Shown one piece after another: positions 28,495 to 37,518 of a stretch of DNA of 64,000 bases (the first letter of the stretch is position 1; each line of letters starts with the position of its first letter). Source of the DNA: Spirochaetota bacterium (GTDB taxonomy: Bacteria; Spirochaetota; UBA4802; UBA5550); NCBI GenBank assembly GCA_963663865.1, contig OY760686.1:608001-672000 (forward strand). The letters are read 5' to 3'. The translations under genes and the position numbers were made by a program. The notes beneath the pieces are model-generated. The model was given only the letters and a program-made list of their open reading frames with translations. It had not been told where the DNA came from and ran no database searches.

Positions 28495-29418
28495 ATGCAG
28501 ACCAGCCTTGCGGAATCTTCACTTATATCCAAAACGAACTTCAGCGTTTTCAGGCGGTCTCTCCATATACTTGCCCTCATTCAGCATTCCACTGAAGAAA
28601 ACTGGAATGCCACGACCCTCGCGGATTTGCTCTCTCAGGTCCCCGGAGAAGAAGTCCTCGATTCAAAAGCAATAAGCACATGCCGCAAAAAGCTCGCTGA
28701 GATGGGTTTTCATCTGAGCATCGGGAAGGGCGAAAAACGCCTCTGTCTCGACAGGCCGCTTGAAGACAGCGACGTGCTCGAGATAATGAACTACTACATG
28801 AATAATGTCGTTCAGATGATGGGTGTGCGCGACTGCTTCTCGTCCTATGTGGCCAGCGCCGGGACAAAATCGCTGTGGATTATCGGGCGCATATACTTTG
28901 CCGCGATTGAGCAGCGCACCATTATCGTAGACTACCGCTCTGAAAAGAGCGGACTGCTCAAGCAGTACACGCTTAATCCCTATTACTGGGTTTACAGGGA
29001 CAACGCTGTCTACCTGGTTTCGGAAGAGCATGAAAGGGGCATACTTCTCCTGAGGCTTAACCGGATTGAGGATTTTGAACTCACCGACCATCATTTTAAC
29101 GCCAACCCTCCTGAACCGTCCGAGCTCTTTGCCAACAGCCTCGGGGCATTCCTTGGTGAGGATATTTACAACATAGTGATAGAGTTTCCTGAAAATCTGA
29201 GCAACAGGGTCACCGAAGACTTCGGCAGGCTTGAGCTTCTTGACGTGCCTGGCGCCCCGGAAGGCTTCTGCCGCGCGGGGTTCAGCGCCTGCGATCTGCT
29301 GAGCGTCTGCACCCGGGTCTTTGCATTCGGCGGCGGAGTGAAGCTCATTGCTCCGGATGAAGCGAAAGATGAAATGCGACGGCTCTGCGGGGGCGTTCTT
29401 GCCGCGCATTGTGAATAA
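28495..29418 (+). CDS. HTH-WYL-WCX transcriptional regulator
   Basis: N-terminal HTH-like (ATTLADLL), YRS....YTLNPY......VYLV....LRLNRI, C-terminal FGG.V.LIAP. Confidence 0.85.
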   Translation: MQTSLAESSLISKTNFSVFRRSLHILALIQHSTEENWNATTLADLLSQVPGEEVLDSKAISTCRKKLAEMGFHLSIGKGEKRLCLDRPLEDSDVLEIMNYYMNNVVQMMGVRDCFSSYVASAGTKSLWIIGRIYFAAIEQRTIIVDYRSEKSGLLKQYTLNPYYWVYRDNAVYLVSEEHERGILLLRLNRIEDFELTDHHFNANPPEPSELFANSLGAFLGEDIYNIVIEFPENLSNRVTEDFGRLELLDVPGAPEGFCRAGFSACDLLSVCTRVFAFGGGVKLIAPDEAKDEMRRLCGGVLAAHCE

Positions 29419-29466
29419 TAAAAGTGAATACTTCAACGCCCTATGCCTTCTGGACCTTGCTAACAA

Positions 29467-29502
29467 TCCCGCGCGGAACAGCCGTCCGTAAACCGCGCGG
29501 GA
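29467..29502. terminator. GC-rich hairpin between convergent genes
   Basis: TCCCGCGCGG...CCGCGCGGGA. Confidence 0.6.
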
Positions 29503-29514
29503 AGATACGGATGA

Positions 29515-30144
29515 TTACGCTCCGGCAGTAACAGGGGTCTCCGTGTTGACAGACCGCGATACTGACAGGGCCTCAGAGTACTCCCTGTCCGAGGTCAGTG
29601 CGTAAACAAAGTACTGCACGCCGGGCACAAGGCCGGTGATCGTAACGGACGAGTTTTCCGGAAGTATATGCGCCTTGTGGGACGCGGCTTCGTTTTCAGC
29701 CCGGTCGACCGGAACAGCGAAGACCGTAACATGGGATGAGCTGTCGCCTTCAGGCCGTGTGACTGTGCAGGAAATTTCGCCCGATGCCGCGCCTTCAGCG
29801 CTGATCGACGCGGGAGGCTGCATGCCGTATTCGAGCGAGATTATCATGGGGCGGCCCGACTTGAGAAGCGGAACGTTTTTGCCTATGAAAAGGTTGTATC
29901 CGCTTATCTTTCTTTTTCCGGCTTCCATGATCCATGGTGCACGAATTGCTTCGTCAAGGGTTTTCCATACGGCGATTGCTGTAGTGAAGGCCTCTCTTAC
30001 GAGTCTTTGACGTGGGGTGTTAGGATTGGACGGTTGTGTTGTCTTTCTCGCGTGGGTCTTGCCGTTACGGATGTAGTAGGTTATTCCCTGAATGGTGGCC
30101 GAGTATTCAGGAAACGCAACGTTTGTGATAAATGGTTTTCTCAT
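29515..30144 (-). CDS. Basic N-terminal (putative DNA-binding) domain plus fibronectin type III-like domain
   Basis: SNPNTPRQ...R..F.....W..L, SGYNLF; C-terminal ITGLVPG.QY Fn3 signature; GAGG upstream. Confidence 0.75.
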   Translation of the reverse strand: MRKPFITNVAFPEYSATIQGITYYIRNGKTHARKTTQPSNPNTPRQRLVREAFTTAIAVWKTLDEAIRAPWIMEAGKRKISGYNLFIGKNVPLLKSGRPMIISLEYGMQPPASISAEGAASGEISCTVTRPEGDSSSHVTVFAVPVDRAENEAASHKAHILPENSSVTITGLVPGVQYFVYALTSDREYSEALSVSRSVNTETPVTAGA

Positions 30145-30241
30145 GACAGTACCTCTAATTATTTTTCAGCAATTGCTGAACATGCCGTAACCGCTGCTGC
30201 GGAATCTGGCATTTATGATTAATACGAATGTGGGAAAGCAA

Positions 30242-30376
30242 AACGGAAAAAAAAACGGATGAAGCGGGAATTTTTTTTAACGGACGATACTGGAGCACAA
30301 ACGGTATTGAAACGGTGTACGACTGGAGCAGTAACGGAGATATAACGGAGCAGTAACGGAGCTGTAGAGGTTAACA
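30242..30376. repeat. 11-bp-phased AACGG/ACTGG array
   Basis: Units start at 30289, 30300, 30311, 30322, 30333, 30344, 30355; consensus A(A/C)(C/T)GGAGCAGT; extra AACGG at 30242, 30254, 30279. Confidence 0.85.
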
Positions 30377-30656
30377 TGGGGCTCTTGAGGGGGCTGAAAT
30401 GCCCGGAAATGGGCTCTTCGAGCGAAAATCTGGCGGGAAAAGTACAACGTCGACAGTGAAGGGATAGGTTTTGGGGTAGGAGTGGGGTATGATGTGGGGT
30501 GGAGTTTTTAATTTTTCAGGAGGCTTTATGTATCACAGTTCAATAACTTTATCTAAAGCCGATTTTTATAATTATATCACTTATGTATTCAGGGGCATTA
30601 TCGGAACTTATACTTCCAGGATTTCCACGCAAGGCTATGACATGCTCAAGAGATGA

Positions 30657-30759
30657 TAGTACCCAATGAGAAAGTCATGGTGAGGCAACTGCGAAAACCT
30701 CAATGAAATTTTTAGCTTATCCGGTAGATATTCGAAAGGCAATTTATTCAATCAAAGCT
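30657..30759 (+). pseudogene. IS256-family transposase fragment
   Basis: YPMRKSW*GNCENL then frameshift FLAYPVDIRKAIYS, resembling the IS256 YP...SW..NW..L..FF.YP.EIRK.IYTTN segment. Confidence 0.6.
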
Positions 30760-30958
30760 TAAACGAATATTTTATGATGTTTGTATTACTTTTTTCAGAA
30801 TAATAATAGATATAGTTTGATTTATATATGTGTTACCTCCAAAAATATTGAATGAGGTTTTTGTGCAGAGAATGATAGTTAAGTGCAAAAAGCGCGAAAA
30901 CTTTTTTAATCGGCCATCCGTGGCCTCACAAAATATATTATTCATAAGGAGTAATTAA

Positions 30959-31585
30959 ATGGCATTACCAAACAGTTACACACAAAAACCGAATTCCCTA
31001 CCTGATTATTTTGAAGCAATTCTTAACGCCGAACCTCCAGAACGTTTTACAAATAAATTTTTGTCTCAGCTTGATTTTAAAAGTACAAATGATATAATGT
31101 TTATTGGAATATTAAAAGAACTCGACTTCTTGGATGCTGATGGTGCTCCGAAACAACGATATTACGATTTTCTTGATAGAAGCCAATCAAAAATTATTTT
31201 AGCAGAAGGTATACGAGAAGCATATGAGGATTTATTTAATGTAAATAAAAAAGCTTATGAAATGTCCGCGGAAGATGTTAAAAATAAACTTCGAACTTTG
31301 TATGCTGGTTCTAAAAAAGATGAAATAATAAATAAAATTTCTAAGACATTCACTGCTTTATGTGAATATGCAGATTTTACATCTATTATTAAAAAACATG
31401 AATCAAAAACAGAAACACCGAAAGATACAACTACTCCAGAATCTGGTGCGGAATTGAGTGACCATAGCAAGCCAAAACTTGGATTAAAAACCCTTCAATA
31501 TCATATTAATATTGTTCTTCCAGAAAGTCGTGATCAAGCTGTATATGATGCAATTTTTAAAAGCTTAAAGGATCACTTGGGTTAA
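30959..31585 (+). CDS. DUF5343-like protein
   Basis: MALP..Y, A..PERFT..FL..L.FKS.ND, TF.ALC.YADF, LQYHINIVLPESRD..VYDAIF. Confidence 0.75.
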   Translation: MALPNSYTQKPNSLPDYFEAILNAEPPERFTNKFLSQLDFKSTNDIMFIGILKELDFLDADGAPKQRYYDFLDRSQSKIILAEGIREAYEDLFNVNKKAYEMSAEDVKNKLRTLYAGSKKDEIINKISKTFTALCEYADFTSIIKKHESKTETPKDTTTPESGAELSDHSKPKLGLKTLQYHINIVLPESRDQAVYDAIFKSLKDHLG

Positions 31586-31589
31586 TAAT

Positions 31590-32159
31590 ATGAATGATTT
31601 ATATACATTCGTTTACAAAGGAATTCTAACTGATGAAAGTCTTGATAAAGCAGGTAGAAAACGTAAATTACATTTTAATAAAGAAGAAGTAGAATCAATA
31701 AAAAAAGTACTGTCTTTTGAAATGTTAGATCAAGAATTAATAGTTAATGCTGAAAAAATGTCTGTTATATATATAGCAATTCATACATTTGAAAACATGG
31801 TAAGAGATTTCGTAAAGAAGGCTCTAATTGAAGTTTATCATGAAAACTGGTGGGAAAAAGTACCATCAAAAATTATCGAAAAAGTATCAAAGAGAATGGA
31901 AGATGATTCGAAATTTCGTTGGCATGGCGCACGAGGTGGTACAGAAATTGATTATTGTGATTTTGGAGATCTATCATCAATAATAATCACAAATCGTAAT
32001 GTGTTTGAAGAGATAATAGTCGATATGGAATGGTTAAAATCTTTGATGAGCATTTTGGAAAGATCAAGAAATATTATAATGCATGGTGGACTTCTTGCAA
32101 GGCAAGATATCGAACGTATAGGAATAAACATAAGAGATTGGGTAAGACAAGTTGGCTGA
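31590..32159 (+). CDS. Swt1-like HEPN domain protein
   Basis: FEN.VR.F, WW, Y.DFGDL..II, RNIIMH (Rx4H). Confidence 0.8.
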   Translation: MNDLYTFVYKGILTDESLDKAGRKRKLHFNKEEVESIKKVLSFEMLDQELIVNAEKMSVIYIAIHTFENMVRDFVKKALIEVYHENWWEKVPSKIIEKVSKRMEDDSKFRWHGARGGTEIDYCDFGDLSSIIITNRNVFEEIIVDMEWLKSLMSILERSRNIIMHGGLLARQDIERIGINIRDWVRQVG

Positions 32160-32217
32160 ATCAAGCTCCGCATCCGTGCTACGCTTGTACAAAACTTTTT
32201 GTAATCGCGCTTTCAGC

Positions 32218-32315
32218 ATATAACAAAGCTTACCCGCGGCGTTCGGAGTACCTCACTTGGGCTTCGCCACATTGCGCAAAAGGCCGCGCAACGTCGGGTA
32301 AGCAAGACGTTATAC
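32218..32315 (+). mobile_element. Integron attC site 1
   Basis: R'' ATATAAC, L arms GCTTACCCG/CGGGTAAGC, R' GTTATAC. Confidence 0.8.
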
Positions 32316-32357
32316 ATCATTGCGAGTTAGTTATCTATTTATTAGGAGTTTGTTATA

Positions 32358-33035
32358 ATGAATACAACTCAGATAATTATTGAATTCATTAAAACTACAT
32401 TTTCTGCGGCAACACTAATTATTGCCATATATGGAATAAATACATGGCGCAAACAGTTGAAAGGCACAAATGAATTTGAACTTTCAAAGGAAATATTGGA
32501 AAATGTTTATAAAGTAAAAAGAGCTTTTGCTTATGTAAGAAACCCTGGAATTTATAAATCTGAATATCCAAAGGAACTCCAAGATATATTAACTTTAAAT
32601 ACTGAACAAAAAGCTTATGCAACACAGTACTATTATAATAAACGATTAGAAATACTTCATAATGAGTTTGAAAAACTTGAAAATTCATTTTTAAAAGGAA
32701 TTGTATTGTTTAATATTACTGATGAGATTATTTTGCCTTTACGGAAATGCAGAGCATCATTAATAATTGCATTGCAAGATCTTTACGAGTTTACTAAGAA
32801 TCCTGAATATATGAGTTCCGACAGAATACATGATGTTTATAAAATCATATATGATAATTTAAGCTTAAATGAAGATGATAAAGATCAGTTCTCAAAATAT
32901 GTAATAGAAGCAGTTGATTTGATGATTCATTGGTTAAAGCCGATGTTGTTAAAGTCAAAGATCAATAATAAAGAATTTCAAAATATTCTTAGAAGAACAA
33001 AAAGCTTTGAAATTATAATTCGCAACGACGTATAA
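32358..33035 (+). CDS. Hypothetical cassette protein with N-terminal TM helix
   Basis: AT-rich ORF, AGGAG RBS, stop codon inside R'' of attC2. Confidence 0.8.
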   Translation: MNTTQIIIEFIKTTFSAATLIIAIYGINTWRKQLKGTNEFELSKEILENVYKVKRAFAYVRNPGIYKSEYPKELQDILTLNTEQKAYATQYYYNKRLEILHNEFEKLENSFLKGIVLFNITDEIILPLRKCRASLIIALQDLYEFTKNPEYMSSDRIHDVYKIIYDNLSLNEDDKDQFSKYVIEAVDLMIHWLKPMLLKSKINNKEFQNILRRTKSFEIIIRNDV

Positions 33036-33099
33036 CTGCGGCTAAAAGCTGCGCTCCGGTTTGCTTCGCAAAAACGTCATTTAGCCGCGTTCGTTGTAC
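33030..33099 (+). mobile_element. Integron attC site 2
   Basis: R'' GTATAAC, L arms GCGGCTAAA/TTTAGCCGC, R' GTTGTAC. Confidence 0.8.
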
Positions 33100-33249
33100 G
33101 AAAGGCAGAGCGCCGTCTTATTGTGAAATGAAATATTTATTGTAGATGTATTTCTTAACCCCGCCCCAAGAACGCCCGCCGTCCACTTTGACAGGCTCAG
33201 TGCGGCGCGTGTGGCGCTCATGAAATGATAAGTTATGTATGGAGAAAAC

Positions 33250-35259
33250 ATGGCAAAGAATAAAGAAAACAATAATAACGAACCAATAGAAAAGCAGCTC
33301 TGGAAATCAGCTGACAAACTCAGAAAAAACATAGACGCTGCTGAATACAAACATGTTGTTCTCGGTTTAATATTCCTGAAATACATTTCAGACGCTTTCG
33401 AAGAACTGCATTCAAAATTGAAAAGCGGTAAAGGCGATTATGCCGGAGCAGACCCGGAAGATAAAGACGAATACAAAGCGGAAAATGTCTTCTTCGTGCC
33501 GGAGCTTGCCCGCTGGTCGTATCTGCAATCAAAAGCTAAACTTCCCACCATCGGCAAAGAAGTAGACAACGCTATGGATGCCATTGAGAAGGAAAACCCT
33601 TCTCTCAAAGATGTGCTTCCTAAAGTCTACGCCCGGGGTAACCTTGACCCGACAAGTCTCGGAGGTCTTATTGACCTGATTGCTAAAATCGCCCTTGGCG
33701 ACGCAAAAGCTCGCAGTGCTGATGTACTTGGTCATGTTTTTGAATATTTTCTCGGAGAATTCGCCCTTGCCGAAGGTAAAAAGGGAGGCCAGTTCTATAC
33801 TCCCAGAAGTGTTGTCGAGCTCCTGGTCGAGATGCTTGAGCCCTTCAAGGGCCGGGTCTTTGATCCCTGTTGCGGTTCGGGTGGTATGTTCGTGCAGTCG
33901 GAGAAGTTCGTAGCGGAACATCGGGGTCGCCTTGATGACATTGCCATTTATGGGCAGGAGAGCAACCAGACGACCTGGCGCTTGTGCAAGATGAATCTTG
34001 CGATCCGGGGTATCGACAGTTCCATGGTCAAGTGGAACAACGAGGGTTCGTTTCTGAACGACGCGCACAAGGATCTCAAGGCGGACTTCATTATCGCGAA
34101 TCCCCCGTTCAATGTAAGCGACTGGTCGGGCGAGTTGTTGCGAAACGACGGCCGCTGGAAGTTCGGTACTCCTCCGGCGGGGAATGCGAACTATGCCTGG
34201 ATTCAGCATTTTCTTTATCATTTGAGTCCCAGCGGTATTGCCGGTTTTGTTTTGGCAAAAGGTTCTCTTACCTCTAAAAGTTCCGGTGAAGGAGAAATCC
34301 GCAAGGCATTGGTTGAAGCGAGGCTGGTTGACTGTATTGTTAATCTTCCGGCAAAGCTGTTTTTGAATACGCAGATTCCGGCGAGTCTGTGGTTTTTAAG
34401 AAGAGCCCCTCAGTCCCCTAAAGGGGATGAAAGAAATGAGATTCTTTTTATTGATGCCCGCAACCAAGGTCATTTGATCAATAGACGCACACGGGAACTT
34501 TCACATGAAGATATCCAGAAGATTGCCTCAACCTATCGTGCATGGAAGGCCCCCCGGCCCCCTGAAGGGGGAGTAGAAGGGAAGAAGCCTTCGGTGTTAC
34601 ATTCTGCGGATACGGCTTTTTATAGACAGCTTGAACAAAAAGCAAAGGAAATGCGTGCTCATCCAACAGAAGCCGAACGCTTGCTATGGGAGAAATTGAG
34701 CAACAAACAGCTTGGTGTCAAATTCAGGCAACAGCATGTGATCAATAAGTTTGTCGTAGATTTTTGTTCTATTGAAAAAGCACTGGTTATTGAAGTTGAT
34801 GGAGAAATACATGATACACAGAGAGAAAGAGATGAGGAAAGAACCAAAATACTTCAGGATGAAGGATATTCAATAATCAGATTAAAGAATAATGAAGTGA
34901 TCAATAATATTGAAAAGGTCATTGATAGTATCAAAAAATCTCTCCAAGCCCCCCGGCCCCCTGAAGGGGGAGACAAAAAAGGGAGTGATGCTCCCATGTC
35001 CCCTTTAGGGGATTTAGGGGCCTATGAAGATATAAAAGGTTTCTGCAACTCAGCGTCGATAGAACGTGTCAGGGAACTTGATTATGTGCTCACTCCCGGA
35101 AGATATGTCGGTCTTCCGGATGATGAGGATGACTTTGATTTCAAGGAGCGGTTTACTGCTCTTAAGCAGGAATTCATGGAGCAGTTGGAAGAAGAGAAGA
35201 TACTGAACAACCTGATACTTGAGAATCTTGAAAAGGTGAAATTTACACCAGGCTCATGA
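33250..35259 (+). CDS. hsdM: Type I R-M methyltransferase with in-frame DUF559 insertion
   Basis: [27 protein letters not shown]; insert ~34549-35021 with PTEAE.LLW, FRQQH, VIEVDG.IH. Confidence 0.95.
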   Translation: MAKNKENNNNEPIEKQLWKSADKLRKNIDAAEYKHVVLGLIFLKYISDAFEELHSKLKSGKGDYAGADPEDKDEYKAENVFFVPELARWSYLQSKAKLPTIGKEVDNAMDAIEKENPSLKDVLPKVYARGNLDPTSLGGLIDLIAKIALGDAKARSADVLGHVFEYFLGEFALAEGKKGGQFYTPRSVVELLVEMLEPFKGRVFDPCCGSGGMFVQSEKFVAEHRGRLDDIAIYGQESNQTTWRLCKMNLAIRGIDSSMVKWNNEGSFLNDAHKDLKADFIIANPPFNVSDWSGELLRNDGRWKFGTPPAGNANYAWIQHFLYHLSPSGIAGFVLAKGSLTSKSSGEGEIRKALVEARLVDCIVNLPAKLFLNTQIPASLWFLRRAPQSPKGDERNEILFIDARNQGHLINRRTRELSHEDIQKIASTYRAWKAPRPPEGGVEGKKPSVLHSADTAFYRQLEQKAKEMRAHPTEAERLLWEKLSNKQLGVKFRQQHVINKFVVDFCSIEKALVIEVDGEIHDTQRERDEERTKILQDEGYSIIRLKNNEVINNIEKVIDSIKKSLQAPRPPEGGDKKGSDAPMSPLGDLGAYEDIKGFCNSASIERVRELDYVLTPGRYVGLPDDEDDFDFKERFTALKQEFMEQLEEEKILNNLILENLEKVKFTPGS

Positions 35260-35615
35260 TGGAGGCTGATTTGAAAGGATGGATGTACATTCTGGAATGC
35301 TCTGACGGGAGTTATTATACCGGCAGTACCAATAATCTGGAAAAACGCATCAGTCAGCATCAAAGCGGTGAGGGTTCAAATCACACGAAGAAACGCCTGC
35401 CTGTAAGGCTTGTGTATTTTGAGGAATATTCGAGAATTGATGAAGCTTTTTACAGGGAAAAAAAGATACAGGGATGGAATCGAGCCAAAAAGAAGGCACT
35501 AATTGATGGAGATAATGATCTGTTGCCTGAGCTGGCTAAGGCGTATAGGGATAGAGCCGGTGGCTTCGAGGGCCTCAGCCACCGCCGAGAGCCTCAGCCA
35601 CCGTCGAGAGACTGA
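35256..35615 (+). CDS. GIY-YIG nuclease family protein
   Basis: [36 protein letters not shown]. Confidence 0.92.
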   Translation: MMEADLKGWMYILECSDGSYYTGSTNNLEKRISQHQSGEGSNHTKKRLPVRLVYFEEYSRIDEAFYREKKIQGWNRAKKKALIDGDNDLLPELAKAYRDRAGGFEGLSHRREPQPPSRD

Positions 35616-35712
35616 AGAGCAGTGAGAGGAAGCGTGGCTTCGAGAGCCTCAGCCACCGTTGAGGGACTCAGCCACCGTCGTGGTTCGCTGCCTGAGGCTC
35701 TCGAAGGCAGCG
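35558..35712. repeat. Cluster of TTCGA-GAGC-CTCA hairpin repeats
   Basis: Copies at 35558-35584, 35585-35603, 35634-35656, 35661-35677; inverted copy 35686-35712. Confidence 0.88.
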
Positions 35713-35724
35713 GGAGGAATTATC

Positions 35725-36282
35725 ATGCCGGACAGCGAAGTTAAAACGATTAGTGATCTTATTTTCTATCAGTACGCCAAAATAATCGCCAAAAGCGCAA
35801 TGGGGCCAGACGCGAAGAAAAAAGCCTACGGGTTTATTAAAATAAAATTCCGGGAACTGAGGGATGATGAGATGAAATGGTCTGACATCCTGCGGGAGGA
35901 CAAACAGCTTGTCGATGCTGAGAAAAAATGCGCTTACTGCGCTTCAACCGAAAACCTTCAGTGGGAGCATATCGTTCCCAGGTCGCTGTCAATAAACGAA
36001 AGATGTTCTTCGTGTGAACATATTCAGGGGATTCATAATCAGATTCTGGCGTGTAAAACGTGTAATACGCGAAAGGGAACAAAGGGGATGTATCGTTTTA
36101 TGAAGGAGATGTATCCGGATGCCAAACCATTTTCTGACATTATCGCGCCGCTTCTTGAGAAGAAGTATCTGAAGACAATATGGCACTGTCATATATGCAA
36201 CGGAACGGTGGAATGGGACGGCAGCGGCCGGTCACTGGATGTGTTTGACCTTGATTTTCCATGCGAAGGAGGGGGAAGATGA
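35725..36282 (+). CDS. HNH endonuclease
   Basis: GGAGG then ATG 35725; CAYC, EHIVP, HNQILACKTCN..KG. Confidence 0.85.
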   Translation: MPDSEVKTISDLIFYQYAKIIAKSAMGPDAKKKAYGFIKIKFRELRDDEMKWSDILREDKQLVDAEKKCAYCASTENLQWEHIVPRSLSINERCSSCEHIQGIHNQILACKTCNTRKGTKGMYRFMKEMYPDAKPFSDIIAPLLEKKYLKTIWHCHICNGTVEWDGSGRSLDVFDLDFPCEGGGR

Positions 36283-37505
36283 AAGTGGTTCGACAGGCTC
36301 ACCAACCGTGGAAGGAATGTAAATTGGGGGATGCACCTTTAGAAATCATAGATGGCGATAGGGGCAAAAATTATCCTTCACAAAATGAATTTTCAAAAAA
36401 TGGTCATTGTTTATTTTTAAACACAAAAAATGTAAAAGAAAATGGTTTCGATTTTTCTGATTGCCAATTCATATCAGAGGAACGAGATAAAATGTTGCGT
36501 AAAGGCAAAATAAATAGAAATGATCTTGTTTTGACGACACGAGGGACGATTGGGAATATCGGCTTTTATAATCGTAACGTGTTATTTGATAGAATTCGTA
36601 TAAATTCAGGAATGGTAATTATTAGACCTGATACTCATGAATTATTACCTGAATTTAACTATTATTTATTTAGAAAAATGCAAAATGATTTCCACGTTTA
36701 TGTTTCTGGTAGTGCTCAACCGCAATTACCGATTAAAGATTTGAATGAAATGACCATTTTTCTCCCCCCGCTCCCTGAACAAAAGGCCATTGCAGGCGTG
36801 CTATCCAGCCTTGACGACAAGATTGATCTATTACACCGGCAGAATAAAACCCTGGAGGCAATGGCCGAGGCGATGTTCAGGAAGTGGTTTGTGGAGCCGT
36901 GCAAGGACGGGCTGCCGGAAGGGTGGGAGGAAGGTGCAGTTTTAAAATATTGCGATCACTGTAAAATATCTCTCAATCCACAAGCCTATCCTGATAGGGG
37001 ATTTATACATTTTAGTATCCCATCATTTGACGATAATAAGAATCCCGTAATTGAAAAAGGTTCACAGATACAGAGTAACAAATACATCATTTCCCCTAAT
37101 TGCATATTATTTTCAAAATTAAATCCTAATAAAACTAAGCGAGTCTGGCTTATTCTTAATGAATTAGATAATAATTCTATTTGTTCGACTGAGTTCCAGG
37201 TCGTAAAACCAAAGGATAAAAAATATCTATATTTCTTGTTCGGCTGGCTTACTATCGCACAAAATTATAAAGAAATTGCATCCGGTGTTGGTGGCACAAG
37301 TGGCAGTCATCAACGTATTGATCCAACAGATATTTTTTTATTTAACAGTCCAGTTATACCAGATGAATATATTGAAAAATATAATTTGTTTATTCAACCT
37401 ATATTTAGAAAAATACATGAGAATCGGAAACAAATATTTATTATTGAAAATTACCGCAATGTTCTTTTGCCAAAGTTGATGAGCGGAGAAGTAAGGATTG
37501 ATTAA
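36279..37505 (+). CDS. hsdS: Type I R-M specificity subunit
   Basis: Two TRDs, PPLPEQKAIA.VLSSLDDKIDL, R..LLPKLMSGE. Confidence 0.93.
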   Translation: MKVVRQAHQPWKECKLGDAPLEIIDGDRGKNYPSQNEFSKNGHCLFLNTKNVKENGFDFSDCQFISEERDKMLRKGKINRNDLVLTTRGTIGNIGFYNRNVLFDRIRINSGMVIIRPDTHELLPEFNYYLFRKMQNDFHVYVSGSAQPQLPIKDLNEMTIFLPPLPEQKAIAGVLSSLDDKIDLLHRQNKTLEAMAEAMFRKWFVEPCKDGLPEGWEEGAVLKYCDHCKISLNPQAYPDRGFIHFSIPSFDDNKNPVIEKGSQIQSNKYIISPNCILFSKLNPNKTKRVWLILNELDNNSICSTEFQVVKPKDKKYLYFLFGWLTIAQNYKEIASGVGGTSGSHQRIDPTDIFLFNSPVIPDEYIEKYNLFIQPIFRKIHENRKQIFIIENYRNVLLPKLMSGEVRID

Positions 37506-37518
37506 AACATTACAATAG

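Noticed and set aside
28663-29466. 267-aa antisense ORF over WYL, and similar shadow ORFs over hydAB, hsdM and mscS
   Set aside because: Opposite-strand shadows of motif-supported genes.
30242-30376. DGR template repeat (AAC-rich) or a coding repeat
   Set aside because: No reverse transcriptase or matching variable repeat; an 11-bp period is not codon-compatible.
34549-35021. Intein in HsdM
   Set aside because: No N-terminal Cys/Ser block or C-terminal His-Asn; the insert is DUF559.
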